Below, piece after piece: positions 11,691-29,410 of a DNA stretch of 64,000 bases (position 1 is its first letter; each line of letters starts with the position of its first letter). The DNA comes from the human T2T-CHM13v2.0 reference genome, Homo sapiens. The stretch is from the NCBI RefSeq assembly GCF_009914755.1, contig NC_060935.1; one strand, written 5' to 3'. The notes under the pieces are model-generated. The model saw only the letters and a program-made list of their open reading frames with translations, had not been told where the DNA came from and did no database searches. Made by a program: the position numbers and the translations under genes.

Positions 11691-13093
11691 AAATTTGGAC
11701 AATTTGTCCAAATGAATTAGAAAGTTAACAAGACTAACATTATTCAGAATTTTCCAATGATACCTAGTAAATCATACTGATTGTATTACAATAAAGCCAA
11801 TGATATCTATGATTAATATTTCAGAAGGAAATCATAGCAGCAAAAATATTATCTATCATTTTAAGGACACACATACTAACAAGAACAATGATAGCAGATG
11901 GTAAATTAGATTTTTTAAAATTGTTAGGTGCCAGAGAAAAGGGACCGTGACATTCACACTTCTATAATGGGATCATTATGTTTTTGAAGATGAATAAATG
12001 AGCTTGGAAGTGTAACTCTTTTGATTAGAAACAACAAATCCTAAGCAACTGGCATAGGAATTTATTGCAAGGTTTTAAGTATACAACGTATTTCAGAAAG
12101 TCCAAGAGTAAGAAATGAGTCAGTCCCACAAAAGAGTTGAAAGCAGACCTGAAAGTATTTCGGTCATTTATTTAGTCTCCTCTTGCTTTTGCATGTCTCT
12201 TTTCATTCTGCATTGTCTGTTTGCATTTCTCCATTTCTATAAACTGTTTTATTTTCAGTGAGAGCCAGAAAATATCTCAGACATGGCTCAAAAGATTCAT
12301 CTATTTTTCCTACTGAGACTAAATAATCATCTCTTGAGAGAGGCATTTCTTTGTTAGTAGGATCAGATGTCCACCCTGTTAATCTCCTGTGACAATTAGA
12401 GGTAGAGTCATGTGATAAGAATCTGACTGCTTAAAGGCTCATCTGTGTCTTTATAGAGCAAGTAATTCTCAGAAAAGGGGTAATGGTTTCTGCATTGAAT
12501 GAAAAAAATACACACAACATTTATTATTAGTAGTTTTAAATTCCATCCCAAGGACAATGTTCCATACAAAGGAGATGCTAAATAAATAATTTTGAATAAA
12601 TATCTTTTTTGGAATAACAATTTTCAATTACCATTCTTTATTTCTGGAAGAATAATTTGCCTAACCACACTAACTTATGGTGGAAAAATAAATAATAATA
12701 ACTGAATTTAATTAACTTTTATTACATGCCAGAAACTATGTTAAATACTTCACACATAATCAATAGAACAAAGCATATAATTGCTTTATTACATGTCTAA
12801 TTTTTCAGATACTATTCTGAGGACCAGAGATTCAGATACATGAAACATTTAACTGCAATTGTGGTTAGTATTCCTAAAGGGAAGCAAAGGATGCTATGGA
12901 AAAGTAGAGTCAGGAAATCTATCTTATTTCATGCTCACAGGAACCTTACTACATAGAGTTACAGATGAATTACCTGACATTTAGCACTATTAGATTACTT
13001 CCCAAGTGTCACAGAAGGGTGGGACAGAGCCTACATTAGAACTCAAGCTTTTCTGATACAGAAGTCCTTGTTCTGTTATACTGAGGGGATACT

Positions 13094-13474
13094 TGTCCTA
13101 GTCCATTTCCTGTTGCTATATCAGAATACCATAGACTGAATAATTTGTAATGAACAGAAATGTATTTAGCTCATGGTTTTGGCAGCTGAGAGGTCCAAGA
13201 GCATGGTGCTGGCATCTCATGAGGGCCTTCTTTCTGTACTAGTACATGGCAGAGGGCAAAAGGGCATCACATGGCAAAAAGGCAAGAGTGTTTATGTCAG
13301 CTCAGGCCCCTCTTTCTCTTCTTATAGAACCACCAGTCCCATCATGAAGGCCTCATCCTGATGATCTCATCTAATCTTAATTACCTCCCCAAAGCCCCAT
13401 CTTCAATCAGTGTATGGATTTTGGGACTGTGTTTTCAATACATGAAATTTGAAGGAGACGTTCAAACCACAGTA
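13094..13474 (-). mobile_element. MST (MSTC/D-like) MaLR solo LTR
   Basis: TGTCCTAGTCCATTTCCTGTTGCTATA..TTCAAACCACAGTA; 5-bp TSD ATACT on both sides. Confidence 0.88.
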
Positions 13475-14241
13475 ATACTAAAACTTGTAATCTGTGATGG
13501 ATACAAAGTCAAACACATGGTAATTCCTGGCATAAATGAAGGCTAGAACCAAGGTTTGCTGACTTTAAGTCACGCTCCTTCTCCTGCCAATAATTTTTCT
13601 TTACAGAAATAATTAAAGAAAGAATGGGCTCAGCTTTCTCATGAACTAAATTACAAAAAGTGTCAAATCCATTTAGCACTGTTGCTAGCAGTGACATAAA
13701 AACCTCAAATCCACACTTTTCATTAGATTTACCTTTTGAAGAGAAAATCAATTTCTTGTAAAAGAGGTGCTGGCACAAATAGAATCTTTTGAATTTTACT
13801 ATTACAAAGGTATTTATTGGAAATACAGTTTTATGTTTTGTATTTTTTAAATGAGATTTATTTTAGTTCCACTGCACAAATAAAATTGGAAGAGTCGGCT
13901 TTCAAAATCCGTCAGTTTGGATGTCTTTTATAGCAACAAATTATTGCCCCAACCGCTGCAATTTTTTTTATGGCTGGGTATACTCTAAAAATCAATTGAT
14001 TTTCTATAATTGAAGTATGAATCTTATTTTCAATGAATTAATTACTGGTTAACTAAATGACATACTTTTTATATAATTTTTGAATTGTGCATATTTTTCC
14101 TCCTGTTCAATTTGTAGAGAAAATTTCTGCTATAAATTCTTAAGATTATTTACCTTAGTAAATCACTTTATAGCATTATATAATGGCTAATGATAGTTGC
14201 TAAAATATATTCAGATTTTACCATTTGCTTAATATGCATCA

Positions 14242-14479
<238 letters not shown>

Positions 14480-14970
14480 TTAGTAAAGCAACAGTTAACA
14501 GTGCCATTAAGGGCTAACATTCTAACATGACATATTTCAATTTCAAAATATTACCAAATCTATCTATTCAAAATAACTTTACTTTGGGCTAATAAGAAAG
14601 GGCAAAATAGAGAGAGAGTTTCTTTCTCAGTGTCTCCTTGTTTCTTAATGCATTTTACTTTCTATCTGGCTTTGTCCTCTGAAGATGATAACGTATTTTA
14701 CATTTCCTAAGTTTTTTATGAGGGGTTAATAAATACTTCCAGTATTTCCAAGAAAAATAATAAAAAACAATAAACTATATATAAGGCTCTTACAAATTTT
14801 TTCATTATTTTAACTAGAGTATTATGATTGTCTTTTGTGTTTTTCTTTCAAATTGGGAGTATTTTAATGCTGAATGAAATCTGAATATGGCAAATTGAAA
14901 AAGTCATACACTTTCAATTGTTTCAAGATTAAATAGATTAATCAAGTTTGTCATATGTTATGCTTTCCTA

Positions 14971-17145
<2,175 letters not shown>

Positions 17146-17162
17146 ATTTTTTTTTTTAATTA

Positions 17163-17490
17163 GGCTGGGCATGTTGGCTCACGTCTGTAATACCAGCCCT
17201 TTGGGAGCTTGAGGTGAGAGGATCATTTGAGCCCAGGAGTTTGAGACCCATGTAGGCAACATAGTGAGACCCCATCTCTACAAAAATGAAAAATTAAATA
17301 ATAATAATAATAAATAAATAAATAGCCAGATGTGGTGTTGTGCACCTGTAGTCACAGCTACTTGGGAGGCTGAGGCCAGAGATTTGCTTATGCTCAGAAG
17401 TCAATGCTTCAGTGAACTGTAATCGTGCCACTGTACTCCAGCCTTGGCAACAACCTTGTCTCAAAAAAAGAAAGAAAGAAAAAAAAAAGA
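17163..17490 (+). mobile_element. AluJ
   Basis: Dimeric Alu with expanded A-rich linker and J-type GAGCCCAGGAGTTTGAG. Confidence 0.9.
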
Positions 17491-17762
17491 ACATTAAAAG
17501 CAAACAAAAAAGTACCCAAGCCTTTTCTTGTATGAGTTTATGAAGTTATTTTCTTCAAATAGCACTCACTGGTGTGTCTGACTGAATTCTTAATTAAATG
17601 ATATGAAATATTAAGCTTTTGAAGGTCAATAATTGAATCTATTATTATTTTCGTCTATGGTTTTGAACTGCATGCACTGTGAAACACATATGTAAAAGTT
17701 GCTAAGCCAAAGAAGTGAGTTGTATTGGGAATGGAAGAGAGTTGGTAATTAAGAGTGCAGCA

Positions 17763-18085
17763 GGCCAGGCACAGTGGCTCACATCTATAATCCCAGCACT
17801 TTGGGAGGCCAAGGATGGAGGATTGCTTACTTGAGCCCAGGAGTTCAAGACCAGCCTGAGCAGCATAGCTAGATCCCACCACTACAAAAAAATAAAAAAA
17901 TTAGCCAGGAGAGGTGGCACATGCCTGTAGTCCCAGCTACTCAGGAGACTGAGGTGGGAGGATCACTTGAGCCCAGGAGGTCAAGGCTGCAGTGAGCCAT
18001 GATTGTGCAATTGCACACCAGCCTAGGCAATGGAGTGAGACCCTGTCTCAAAAATAAATAAAATAAAAACTAATAAAAATAAAAA
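17763..18085 (+). mobile_element. AluJ
   Basis: Full dimer; flanks share AGTGCAGCA (TSD). Confidence 0.92.
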
Positions 18086-18109
18086 AGTGCAGCAAACACA
18101 ATTGCTTGG

Positions 18110-18270
18110 GCTAAGAAAAATCCAGGCTTTACATTTACTAGCTATATAAATTTGGGCAAGTTAGTAAACCTCTCTGTAGTTATTTCCTTATCTATAATAA
18201 TAATAAAATTAGTACGCCATGGTGTTGTAGGGATTCATGTAATAATATCTGATAATGCTTCATAAATTTC
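18110..18270 (+). mobile_element. MIR
   Basis: ATTTACTAGCTATATAAATTTGGGCAAGTTAGTAAACCTCTCTGTAGTTATTTCCTTATCTATAA core. Confidence 0.7.
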
Positions 18271-19029
18271 ATATGGTGTCATAATTATTTATCCTCCAGC
18301 ATATCAATACCTTTTTTCTATACTTATCATTGCTTATTTTTGAACTGTTGTAAAAAATGAAAACTATGGCACTTTATGGAAACTCTTCAAAAATAGAAGG
18401 CAACTTGTAGAGGTAGCAATAGATGCAGATAAAATATAAAAATCTCTGATTTCTGTGACTTGACTAGTTGCCCCAGTATACTTTCTCTTACTTTTTTTTA
18501 TATAAATTGTGTCAGTTTTAGTTTTACATACTTTAATGAGATTTTAATTAACCGCTGTGCCAAATTTGAAATAGATAAGTAACAGTAATAACAAAAGTAA
18601 TAGTAACAGGAATTATAATAATTATTTATTGTGAGTCAAGCTATGTGCTACTTCTTTATATTTGTGTAAATTACCTCATTAATTGAATTAAATATAATCT
18701 ATAATTATCCCTATTTTGTAAAAGAGAAAACTGAGGTTTAATTAGCCATGAGTATGACAGTGAAGAAAAGTTTTGCAACTATTGACTATCTGCTGAGAAA
18801 TCGAATAACTTTCTTCCTTGCCTCGTTTTTGTATTCATATGTCTTAAGTTAGACTTTCTTAAGTTACAAAATTCAATTTTTGTTTGTTTTATACAGAAGT
18901 TATGTTTTTTATTGTTTTTTTTTTTCCAAAATGAATTCAGTATCAGAACTTACAACTGCCTTAAAAAAAAAAAGAGGAAGAACTGCAGGCAAAACACAGA
19001 ATCCTCATACTAAAATTCTAAATATATTA

Positions 19030-19445
19030 GAGCTAGATAGAAGAAATAAGTTCTAGTGTTCTTTACCATTGTTGGATGACTATAGTTAACAATAGCATGT
19101 AGTTCCAACAGCTAGAAGGAAGATATTGAATGTTCCCAATACAAAGAAATTATGTGTGATCGAGATGATGGATATGCTCATTATATCTATATCTATATCT
19201 ATATCTATATCTATATCTATATCTATATCTATAGAATGTATCCCTTGAGTATAAGGGCAGACTACTGTATCTATTTAATTTTGTTGTTACCTTTTTATAT
19301 AGATGGGTACATTTGCAGAGTTCTCTTTAGCATATTTCATAGTGATCTGATCACTATGCATTATATCTATCAAACCATCACTACGTACCCCATAAATATG
19401 TACAATTATTAAGTCAATTAAAAATAAAATAAATTTAAAAAATAA
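19030..19445 (+). mobile_element. L1MA 3' end interrupted by a ~160-bp insert
   Basis: GCTAGATAGAAGAAATAAGTTCTAGTGTTC..GATGGATATGCTCATTA | insert | TGATCTGATCACT..ACCCCATAAATATGTACAATTATT then poly(A). Confidence 0.85.
19182..19232. repeat. (TATATC)n microsatellite
   Basis: About 8 copies of TATATC, read directly. Confidence 0.95.
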
Positions 19446-20049
19446 AAACACCTTCAAAAACAATAAAATAAGATGCTAATTATTTATTTTCTCCTTTTGT
19501 TTAAAAACATTACCTGTACTTGTGAAATATTAATTGTACTGTTCAATTCTTTAATAGCAATGGAGTTTTTATAAAATGATGGTCACATAAAAAGTTTATT
19601 TCTGAATTATGTTCTCTATAAATCTACATCTTAGGAGCATAAAATAGTGCATAAACATAAAATAATTCATTGATAGAGGATTCTTATTTTATTTATTTGA
19701 AAAAGGTATCAAATATTTATAAAGCTAGATTTTTGTGCAAAGTTTGCATTTTGTGTTTTACTTCTAACTTACGCAGATACAGGAAGCTGCTTTTGGGACT
19801 TTATTTTCACACAAATTCAAAAATGTTTTCTACATGATTATGGAGATAGATTTTCAAATTAACTCAAAGCTCCTGAATTGTTTTGAAATGGAAATGTGCT
19901 AGTGTACTTTAGTATTGTAGAAATAAATATTATTTTGGAATTATAATTTCTGAACCTTTGCATTCTTAAAAGTTACGAATTGGTATTTTCCCTATAGATG
20001 CTTCAGTTTGGCAGAGTAATACGATTTGACAATAAGAATTATATAAATA

Positions 20050-20644
20050 CAGTAGTACCCTCATTTGCAGTTTTGCTTTCTGTGGGTTCAATTATCCCTG
20101 GTTAACCAGGGTCTGAACATGCTAAAGGGAAAGTTTCAGAAACAAATAATTCATAAATTTTAAATTGTGTGTTGTTCTGAGTAACATGATGAAATCTTCT
20201 GCCATCTCTCTCTCTCCTGCCTGGGACATGAACCACCTTTTGACCCGGCATAGCCACACTGTATATGCTACCTGCCCATTAGTCACTTAGTAGCCGTTTC
20301 AGTTATCAGGTTGACATGGTTTTACAGTGCGTGTATTCAAGGAATCCTTATTTTACTTAATAATGGCTCCAAAGCACAATCGGAGTGATGCTGGCAATTT
20401 GGATATTACAAAGAGAAGTGGTAAAGTGCTTTCTTTAAGTAAAAAGGTGAAAGTAAAAAGGTGAAAGCTCTCAATGTAAGGGAAGGGAAAAAGTCATAAG
20501 CTGAAGTTACTAAGATCTATGGTAAGAATAAATCTGCTATTTATGAAATTGTGAAGGAAGAAAGAGATTCATGCTTAGTATATAGTTTCAGACATTTATT
20601 AAGGGTCTTAGAATGTATCCCTTGAGGATAAGGGCTGACTACTG
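20050..20644 (+). mobile_element. MER44 (Tigger7-derived Tc1/mariner) element
   Basis: TIRs CAGTAGTACCC..GGGCTGACTACTG with TA target duplication; internal AGTCACTTAGTAGCCGT and CCTTATTTTACTTAATAATGGC. Confidence 0.88.
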
Positions 20645-20799
20645 TATCTATTTAATTTTGTTGTAGTCTTTTTATATAGATGGACACATTTCCAGTGTTC
20701 TCTTTGGCATATTTCATACTATGTAATTTAGTTTTCTTCAAAAGAGAATAGAATAATTCATTAGAAATAAAAATTTTCAATTCACAATTTTTTTAGAGA

Positions 20800-23190
<2,391 letters not shown>

Positions 23191-24384
23191 TCCTGAATTT
23201 TATTATAGAGCTTTAATTTTTTAATCTTTCATATTTAAATTAAAAATACTTCAGATAATACTTTTGTGTATAGTACAAGATAGAGGTCAAGATATAACAA
23301 TATCCAATTGCTCAGCATTACTTACTGAAAATCCATCTTTTCCCTTCTGCATTGCTGCAACATCTTTGTTGTCAGAAACCAATATGTGTTTATGTGTCTA
23401 TGTCTGGTCTCTCTTCTTTGTCAGTCTAATTTTAAAATAATTTTGTAGTATGTATCGACACTTAGACTGACATAACTTTTACTTAGGCCGTTACTTCTAA
23501 AGTTAGTACCCACTTTGCCTTTGTAACTATTAATAACTGAAACTCTTTTGGGCACCCACTTATGTCCTATCTTCTCCTTGAAAGAACATCCTGACTACAT
23601 AAGCTTGTGTGTGCACAGGAAAATTATGGAAGATGAAAGATCTTACAAAGTAAAACAATATTGTAGGTTTGAGAAAGTTATTTACTTTACTTCAGTTTTT
23701 TTTTTCATAATATTGAAATTGTAACTAGTTTGTCAATAAAAATGTTACAGGGTTAAACTTGATAAGAATATACAGTAATTTGCACAGTATCTGGCACATG
23801 GTTATCCTTCAATAAATGTTCTAAATTCAGGTTACTTTATTTTTTTACTATTTTATTATAGATGAGAGTAGGCACACTGTATATAACGACTCAAGAGGAA
23901 TTCAAGTTGGCTCTATTAGGAATTCATAATAATAAGCAGAGAGAAATCAGTTAAGAGAACAGATTATTCTCTTAACTAAGTGTTCTCTTAACTAAGTAGG
24001 TACTAGTTTTAGAAATAGGGGTTGTAAATCAAAATGATGTTAATCCAAACAGATTTCAAATAGAAAGTGATATAGTACAGTCTTGACAAGGGTATAATCC
24101 TCTCCCATGATTATATGTATCTACTTAAATCAATAATAAATGAGACATATGTGCTGTGAAAAGTTTTAAGCTTTCCAAAACATATTTCAGCCAATAAACC
24201 AAGGTGACAACAATCACATATAATCCTGCTTAAATGATGTATTGCTATATATAGCAAGCTAATAAAAAAACTGTGTTTTATCCTTACAGCAACATGTTAG
24301 AAGGTAAAGAGTCACTTTCGTTATGGTCAGGAAATGTTGAAATTGTATCGCGCTTACAACATGTTTAGCACTGTTCAATATGCT

Positions 24385-24525
24385 GTATATATGTGTATAT
24401 ATATGTGTGTGTATATATATTATATATAATATATATTATATATACACACACATATATAATATATATACACACATATATATACACACACATACATATATAT
24501 ACACGTGTATATATATATACACGTG

Positions 24526-24557
<32 letters not shown>

Positions 24558-24596
24558 TATATAATATATATATACACACACACACACACATATATT
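24385..24596. repeat. compound (TA)n/(CA)n low-complexity microsatellite
   Basis: Read directly; includes two TATATATACACGTGTATATATA palindromic units. Confidence 0.95.
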
Positions 24597-24624
24597 TACC
24601 AATTTCCTCCCCAGGAAAACGTTC

Positions 24625-24750
24625 ATTGCATAGTCACTGCCAGTTTACAGATGTCAAAATCGAAACACAGATAATTTAGATAACTTGCCCAAGGTCACCC
24701 ACCTAGTAAATAGAGGAGCTGAGATTCAAGCCTGGCCCCTTAGCTTTGAA
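24625..24750 (-). mobile_element. MIR
   Basis: TTTACAGATG..TAACTTGCCCAAGGTCACCCACCTAGTAAATAGAGGAGCTGAGATTCAAGCC. Confidence 0.8.
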
Positions 24751-24865
24751 GTCAATACAATATAAAAAATCAATATAATGTTTATGAAAACTTGAATACA
24801 GTATAAAATTAGTAATGTCCACCAGAATGCTTTCAAAGTATTATAAACACTTTTATTTATTTATT

Positions 24866-25243
24866 TACATTTATTGTGTACTTTATTTCTATTATTATTA
24901 CATTGTAATACACAATGAAGTAATTACACATCTCATCATAATGTAGAATCAGTGGGATTCCTGAGCTTGCTTTCCTGCAACTACACAGTCCCATCTGGGG
25001 TAACGAGAGATAGTGACAGATCATCAGGCATTAGAATCTCATAAGGAGCCAAAACCCAGATCCCTTGCATGCGCAGTTCACAATAGGATGTGTGCTCCTA
25101 TGAGAACCTAAAGTCTCACCGCTGATCTGACAGGAGGCTGAACTCAGGCGGTAAAGAGACAGATGGAGAGTGGCTGTAAATACAGATGAAACTTTGCTTG
25201 CTTGCCTGCCGGCCACTCACCTCTTACTGTGCAGCATGATTCC
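24866..25243. mobile_element. MER1A (hAT-Charlie), lacking both termini
   Basis: ACATTTATTGTGTACTTTATTTCTATTATTATTACATTG..GATCATCAGGCATTAGA..GCTGTAAATACAGATGAA; interrupted by the LTR at GATTCC. Confidence 0.88.
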
Positions 25244-26154
25244 TGAAGGGGTGGCCGGCCCCTCCATACCTGTGGGTATTTCTTGTCAGGTGGGATGAGA
25301 GACTGAGAAAAGAAATAAGACACAGAGACAAAGTATAGAGAAACAACAGTGAGCCCAGGGGACCGGCGCTCAGCATACCAAGGACCTGCACCGGCACTGG
25401 TCTCTGAGTTCCCTCAGTTTTTATTGATTATTATCTTCATTATTTCAGCAAACAGGAATGTAGTAGGAGGGCAGGGTGATAATAAGGAGAAGGTCAGCAA
25501 CAAACATGTGAGCAATAGAATCTATGTCATAATTAAGTTCAAGGGAAGGTACTACGACTGGATGTGCACGTAGGCCAGATTTATGTTTCTCTCCACCCAA
25601 ACATCTTAGTGGAGTAAAGAATAACAAGGCAGCATTGCTGCAAACATGTCTCGCCTACCACCATAGGGCGGTTTTTCTCTTATCTCAGAATTGAACAAAT
25701 GTACAGTCGGGTTCTATACCGAGACGTTCAGTTCCCAGGGGCAGGCAGGAGACAGTGGCCTTCCTCTATCTCAACTGCAAGAGGCTTTCCTCTTTTACTA
25801 ATCCACCTCAGCACAGACCCTTTACGGGTGTCGGGCTGGGGGACGGTCAGGTCTTTCTCATCCCACGAGGCCATATTTCAGACTATCACATGGGGAGAAA
25901 CCTTAGACAATACCCAGCTTTCAAGGGCAGAGGTCCCTGCAGCTTTCCGCAGTGCATTGTGCCCCTGGTTTATTGAGACTAGAGAATGGCAATGACTTTT
26001 ACCAAGTATGCTACTTGTAAACATTTTGTTAACAAGGCATGTCCTGCACAGCCCTAGATCCCTTAAACCTTGATTTCATACAACACATATTTTTGTGAGC
26101 TCCAGGTGGGGTCAAAGTGGCTGGGGCAAAGTGGCTGGGGCAAAGCTACAAATT
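25244..26154 (-). mobile_element. LTR5A (HERV-K HML-2) solo LTR lacking its 5'-most ~0.1 kb
   Basis: TGAAGGGGTGGCC..CCTGTGGGTATTTC..GACACAGAGACAAAGTATAGAGAAA..CAAAGTGGCTGGGGCAAAGCTACAAATT; no terminal ..TCTTTTCCCTACA and no TSD on the right. Confidence 0.88.
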
Positions 26155-26193
26155 TATTTATTTGTGTCTTTATTTATTTATTATAAATCATGC

Positions 26194-26285
26194 TGTGTCT
26201 ATAGCAGCATGATTTATAATACTTTGGGTATATACCCAGTAATGGGATTGCTGGGTCAAATGGTATTTCTAGTTCTAGATCCCTT
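26194..26285 (-). mobile_element. internal L1PA ORF2 patch (about 90 bp, no poly(A), no TSD)
   Basis: TGTGTCTATAGCAGCATGATTTATAATACTTTGGGTATATACCCAGTAATGGGATTGCTGGGTCAAATGGTATTTCTAGTTCTAGATCCCT, homologous to the L1 at ~15616-15707. Confidence 0.9.
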
Positions 26286-26816
26286 AATATTGATCAATAT
26301 AAAACATTATGAGATTTGGAGGACTGAAGAGTTCTCTGACTTCCCAGGTTGAAATATCTTTAGTGTGACATACTAGGATTTTCATGACATAGACACTGCC
26401 TCTCTGTCTTCTCCACCCACCATTTCCTTAAACATCATTTGCAGTTGTGTTTCAATATCACAACATATCTGAAAATTGCCAATTATACCAGGTTCTCTCC
26501 TTGATTCTGAATCTGTTCCTTCCATCTGACTATAATGTCTCCCCCATCTAACCCTGTCAATGTCACCTTCTTCATCAAAGTTTTTCTCACAAATAAAATC
26601 AATATCTCATTTATAAGCCATTTTGCCTTTTACATAATTTTTAGCAATATTTTTACTTGATATAGATTTGTTTGTTTCTATATCAATTTATACTAACTGA
26701 TATTAAGTAAAAGATTAGGTCTTATTCATCTTTATATTGCCATTGTTTAATTCAATGCCAATCACATGGTTTGTATTCAAAAGTTATTCATCATATGAAT
26801 AAAAAAATATGAATGA

Positions 26817-27148
<332 letters not shown>

Positions 27149-27238
27149 TTAATGAAATTTGACCACTAAGATTCTAGGTTTTGAATAATGTTTTTTTTTT
27201 CTGAATTAAGGATAATAAAGCATAGAAACATACACTAA

Positions 27239-27548
<310 letters not shown>

Positions 27549-28464
27549 TTAAAATGGATAAATTTCTATACCATATGTGCGTCTCTGTACTAGAAGTCCA
27601 TAGAATAGCTAGAAAGGTTCATAAAAGACACTAACAATTATAAGGCACAGTAGAAGATAATAAAGGCTATAAGACATGCTCTGATAAAGTGCTATAGAAT
27701 TTTAAAAGAATTTCTAGTCATGTGAAAATAAATTTTAAAAATTCTGTTACTCATCTGTTATTTTAAAAAATGTCTTCGATGTCTTGTTCAGTGCTGGGCA
27801 CATAGTAGATTCTCAATTTTTATGCCATGACTAAATAATTTAGGCATGTAAATAAGTGTAAGAAGGACATTTTATTTAGGGAAAGAAATCGATAAAACAA
27901 TCTCAGAAGCCACAAACAGATGGGGCAGGTGTGGGGGAAAGTGTCTATTTGTTTTAAGTGGGGGGGGTGAAGGGTTTGGGGGTGTGGTATGAAGACCCAG
28001 CGAGAATAACATTGCACTAGAATATTTATGGATTCTCTGTCCTGCAGAGGTAGAAAAGGAAGAATAAGTCAGACTGATTTTATAACAGTTTTATTGAGAT
28101 ATAATTTACATACATACAATTCATTCAAATAAATTGCACAACAATGATTTTTATTATATTCACAGGGTTTTGTAATGATCACCAATTCCTTTATTTAATC
28201 ATAATTCTAATGGCTCAAGGTTATGATAATTAAACACCATCAATACAAGTAACTCAATATAACATCTAGTTCCTATTAAACCTTGTTTAATAAACTTCAG
28301 CCACATCTCATTCTAGTAAATTAAAAGTGACAGAGAGAAATTCTATGAAATGTCTGCAGTTATCTGAACCTCTGACTGCCACAGTTATTAAATATGAGCA
28401 AATTGTTGACCTACCTCAAAGAGTGTTCAGGAAACATCTAAACAGCAAGTCAAGTTTTTTTTTT

Positions 28465-28610
28465 CATTCTGTTGCACAGCATGGTGAATATAGTTAATAG
28501 TAGAGTGTCGTACATTTAGAAATTGCTACGAGAGTGAATATCAAATGTTCTCACCACAAAAAAGGTTACACATTTGAGGTGATGGATGTGTTAACCAGCT
28601 TGATTTTAAC
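28465..28610 (+). mobile_element. L1MA 3'UTR fragment
   Basis: GCACAGCATGGTGAATATAGTTAATAG..AAATGTTCTCACCACAAA..GAGGTGATGGATGTGTTAACCAGCTTGATTT. Confidence 0.8.
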
Positions 28611-29118
28611 AATCACTGAAAAGTGGATCCATAAGAGTCAGTAAGTCAGCAAATCTAAGAAGCTAGCTAAATTGACAGCATACCCACAGAGGAAGGGGCA
28701 AGCTAATGCTCACTACCAAGAATCATTCCATTAGCAAAGGTCATGGATGAGGCAGCCTCTCAGGGCCTCCCATGGGTTCTGGGTGGAACAAGTTCCTCTC
28801 TGACCTGTGACTTAAACATGCTAGAAAAAAACAATTCCTCTATGCTTTTTATTAGCAAAGCTCTGTGGTCTTTGAATGTCAAATGTAAAAAGAGACAAGT
28901 GCAGCTGTCCACATGCAGTGGCTTATGACTTAAAATGGTTTTGAAAAAAAACCTGTAATATTACAGATCCTTCTTGTCAATCCTTTTATAAGTATAAAAT
29001 GTCATATTCTCTTCCATCCAGAAAAGTAAAATGAAAAATAAATACCCTGAAAAGGAAAGTTTTTGAAGTCTTGGTTAGAGCATCAACTAGTGTAAAATTT
29101 CTGTGAAATGGGAGATAG

Positions 29119-29410
<292 letters not shown>

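Noticed and set aside
24365-24679. Four overlapping Y/I/H/T/C/V-rich ORFs
   Set aside because: Translations of a TA/CA microsatellite.
25349-25995. ORFs inside the HERV-K LTR
   Set aside because: Non-coding LTR sequence; no gag, pol or env present.
27958-27990. G-rich stretch as a possible G-quadruplex
   Set aside because: Needs the G-run split to give four tracts; isolated, with no promoter context.
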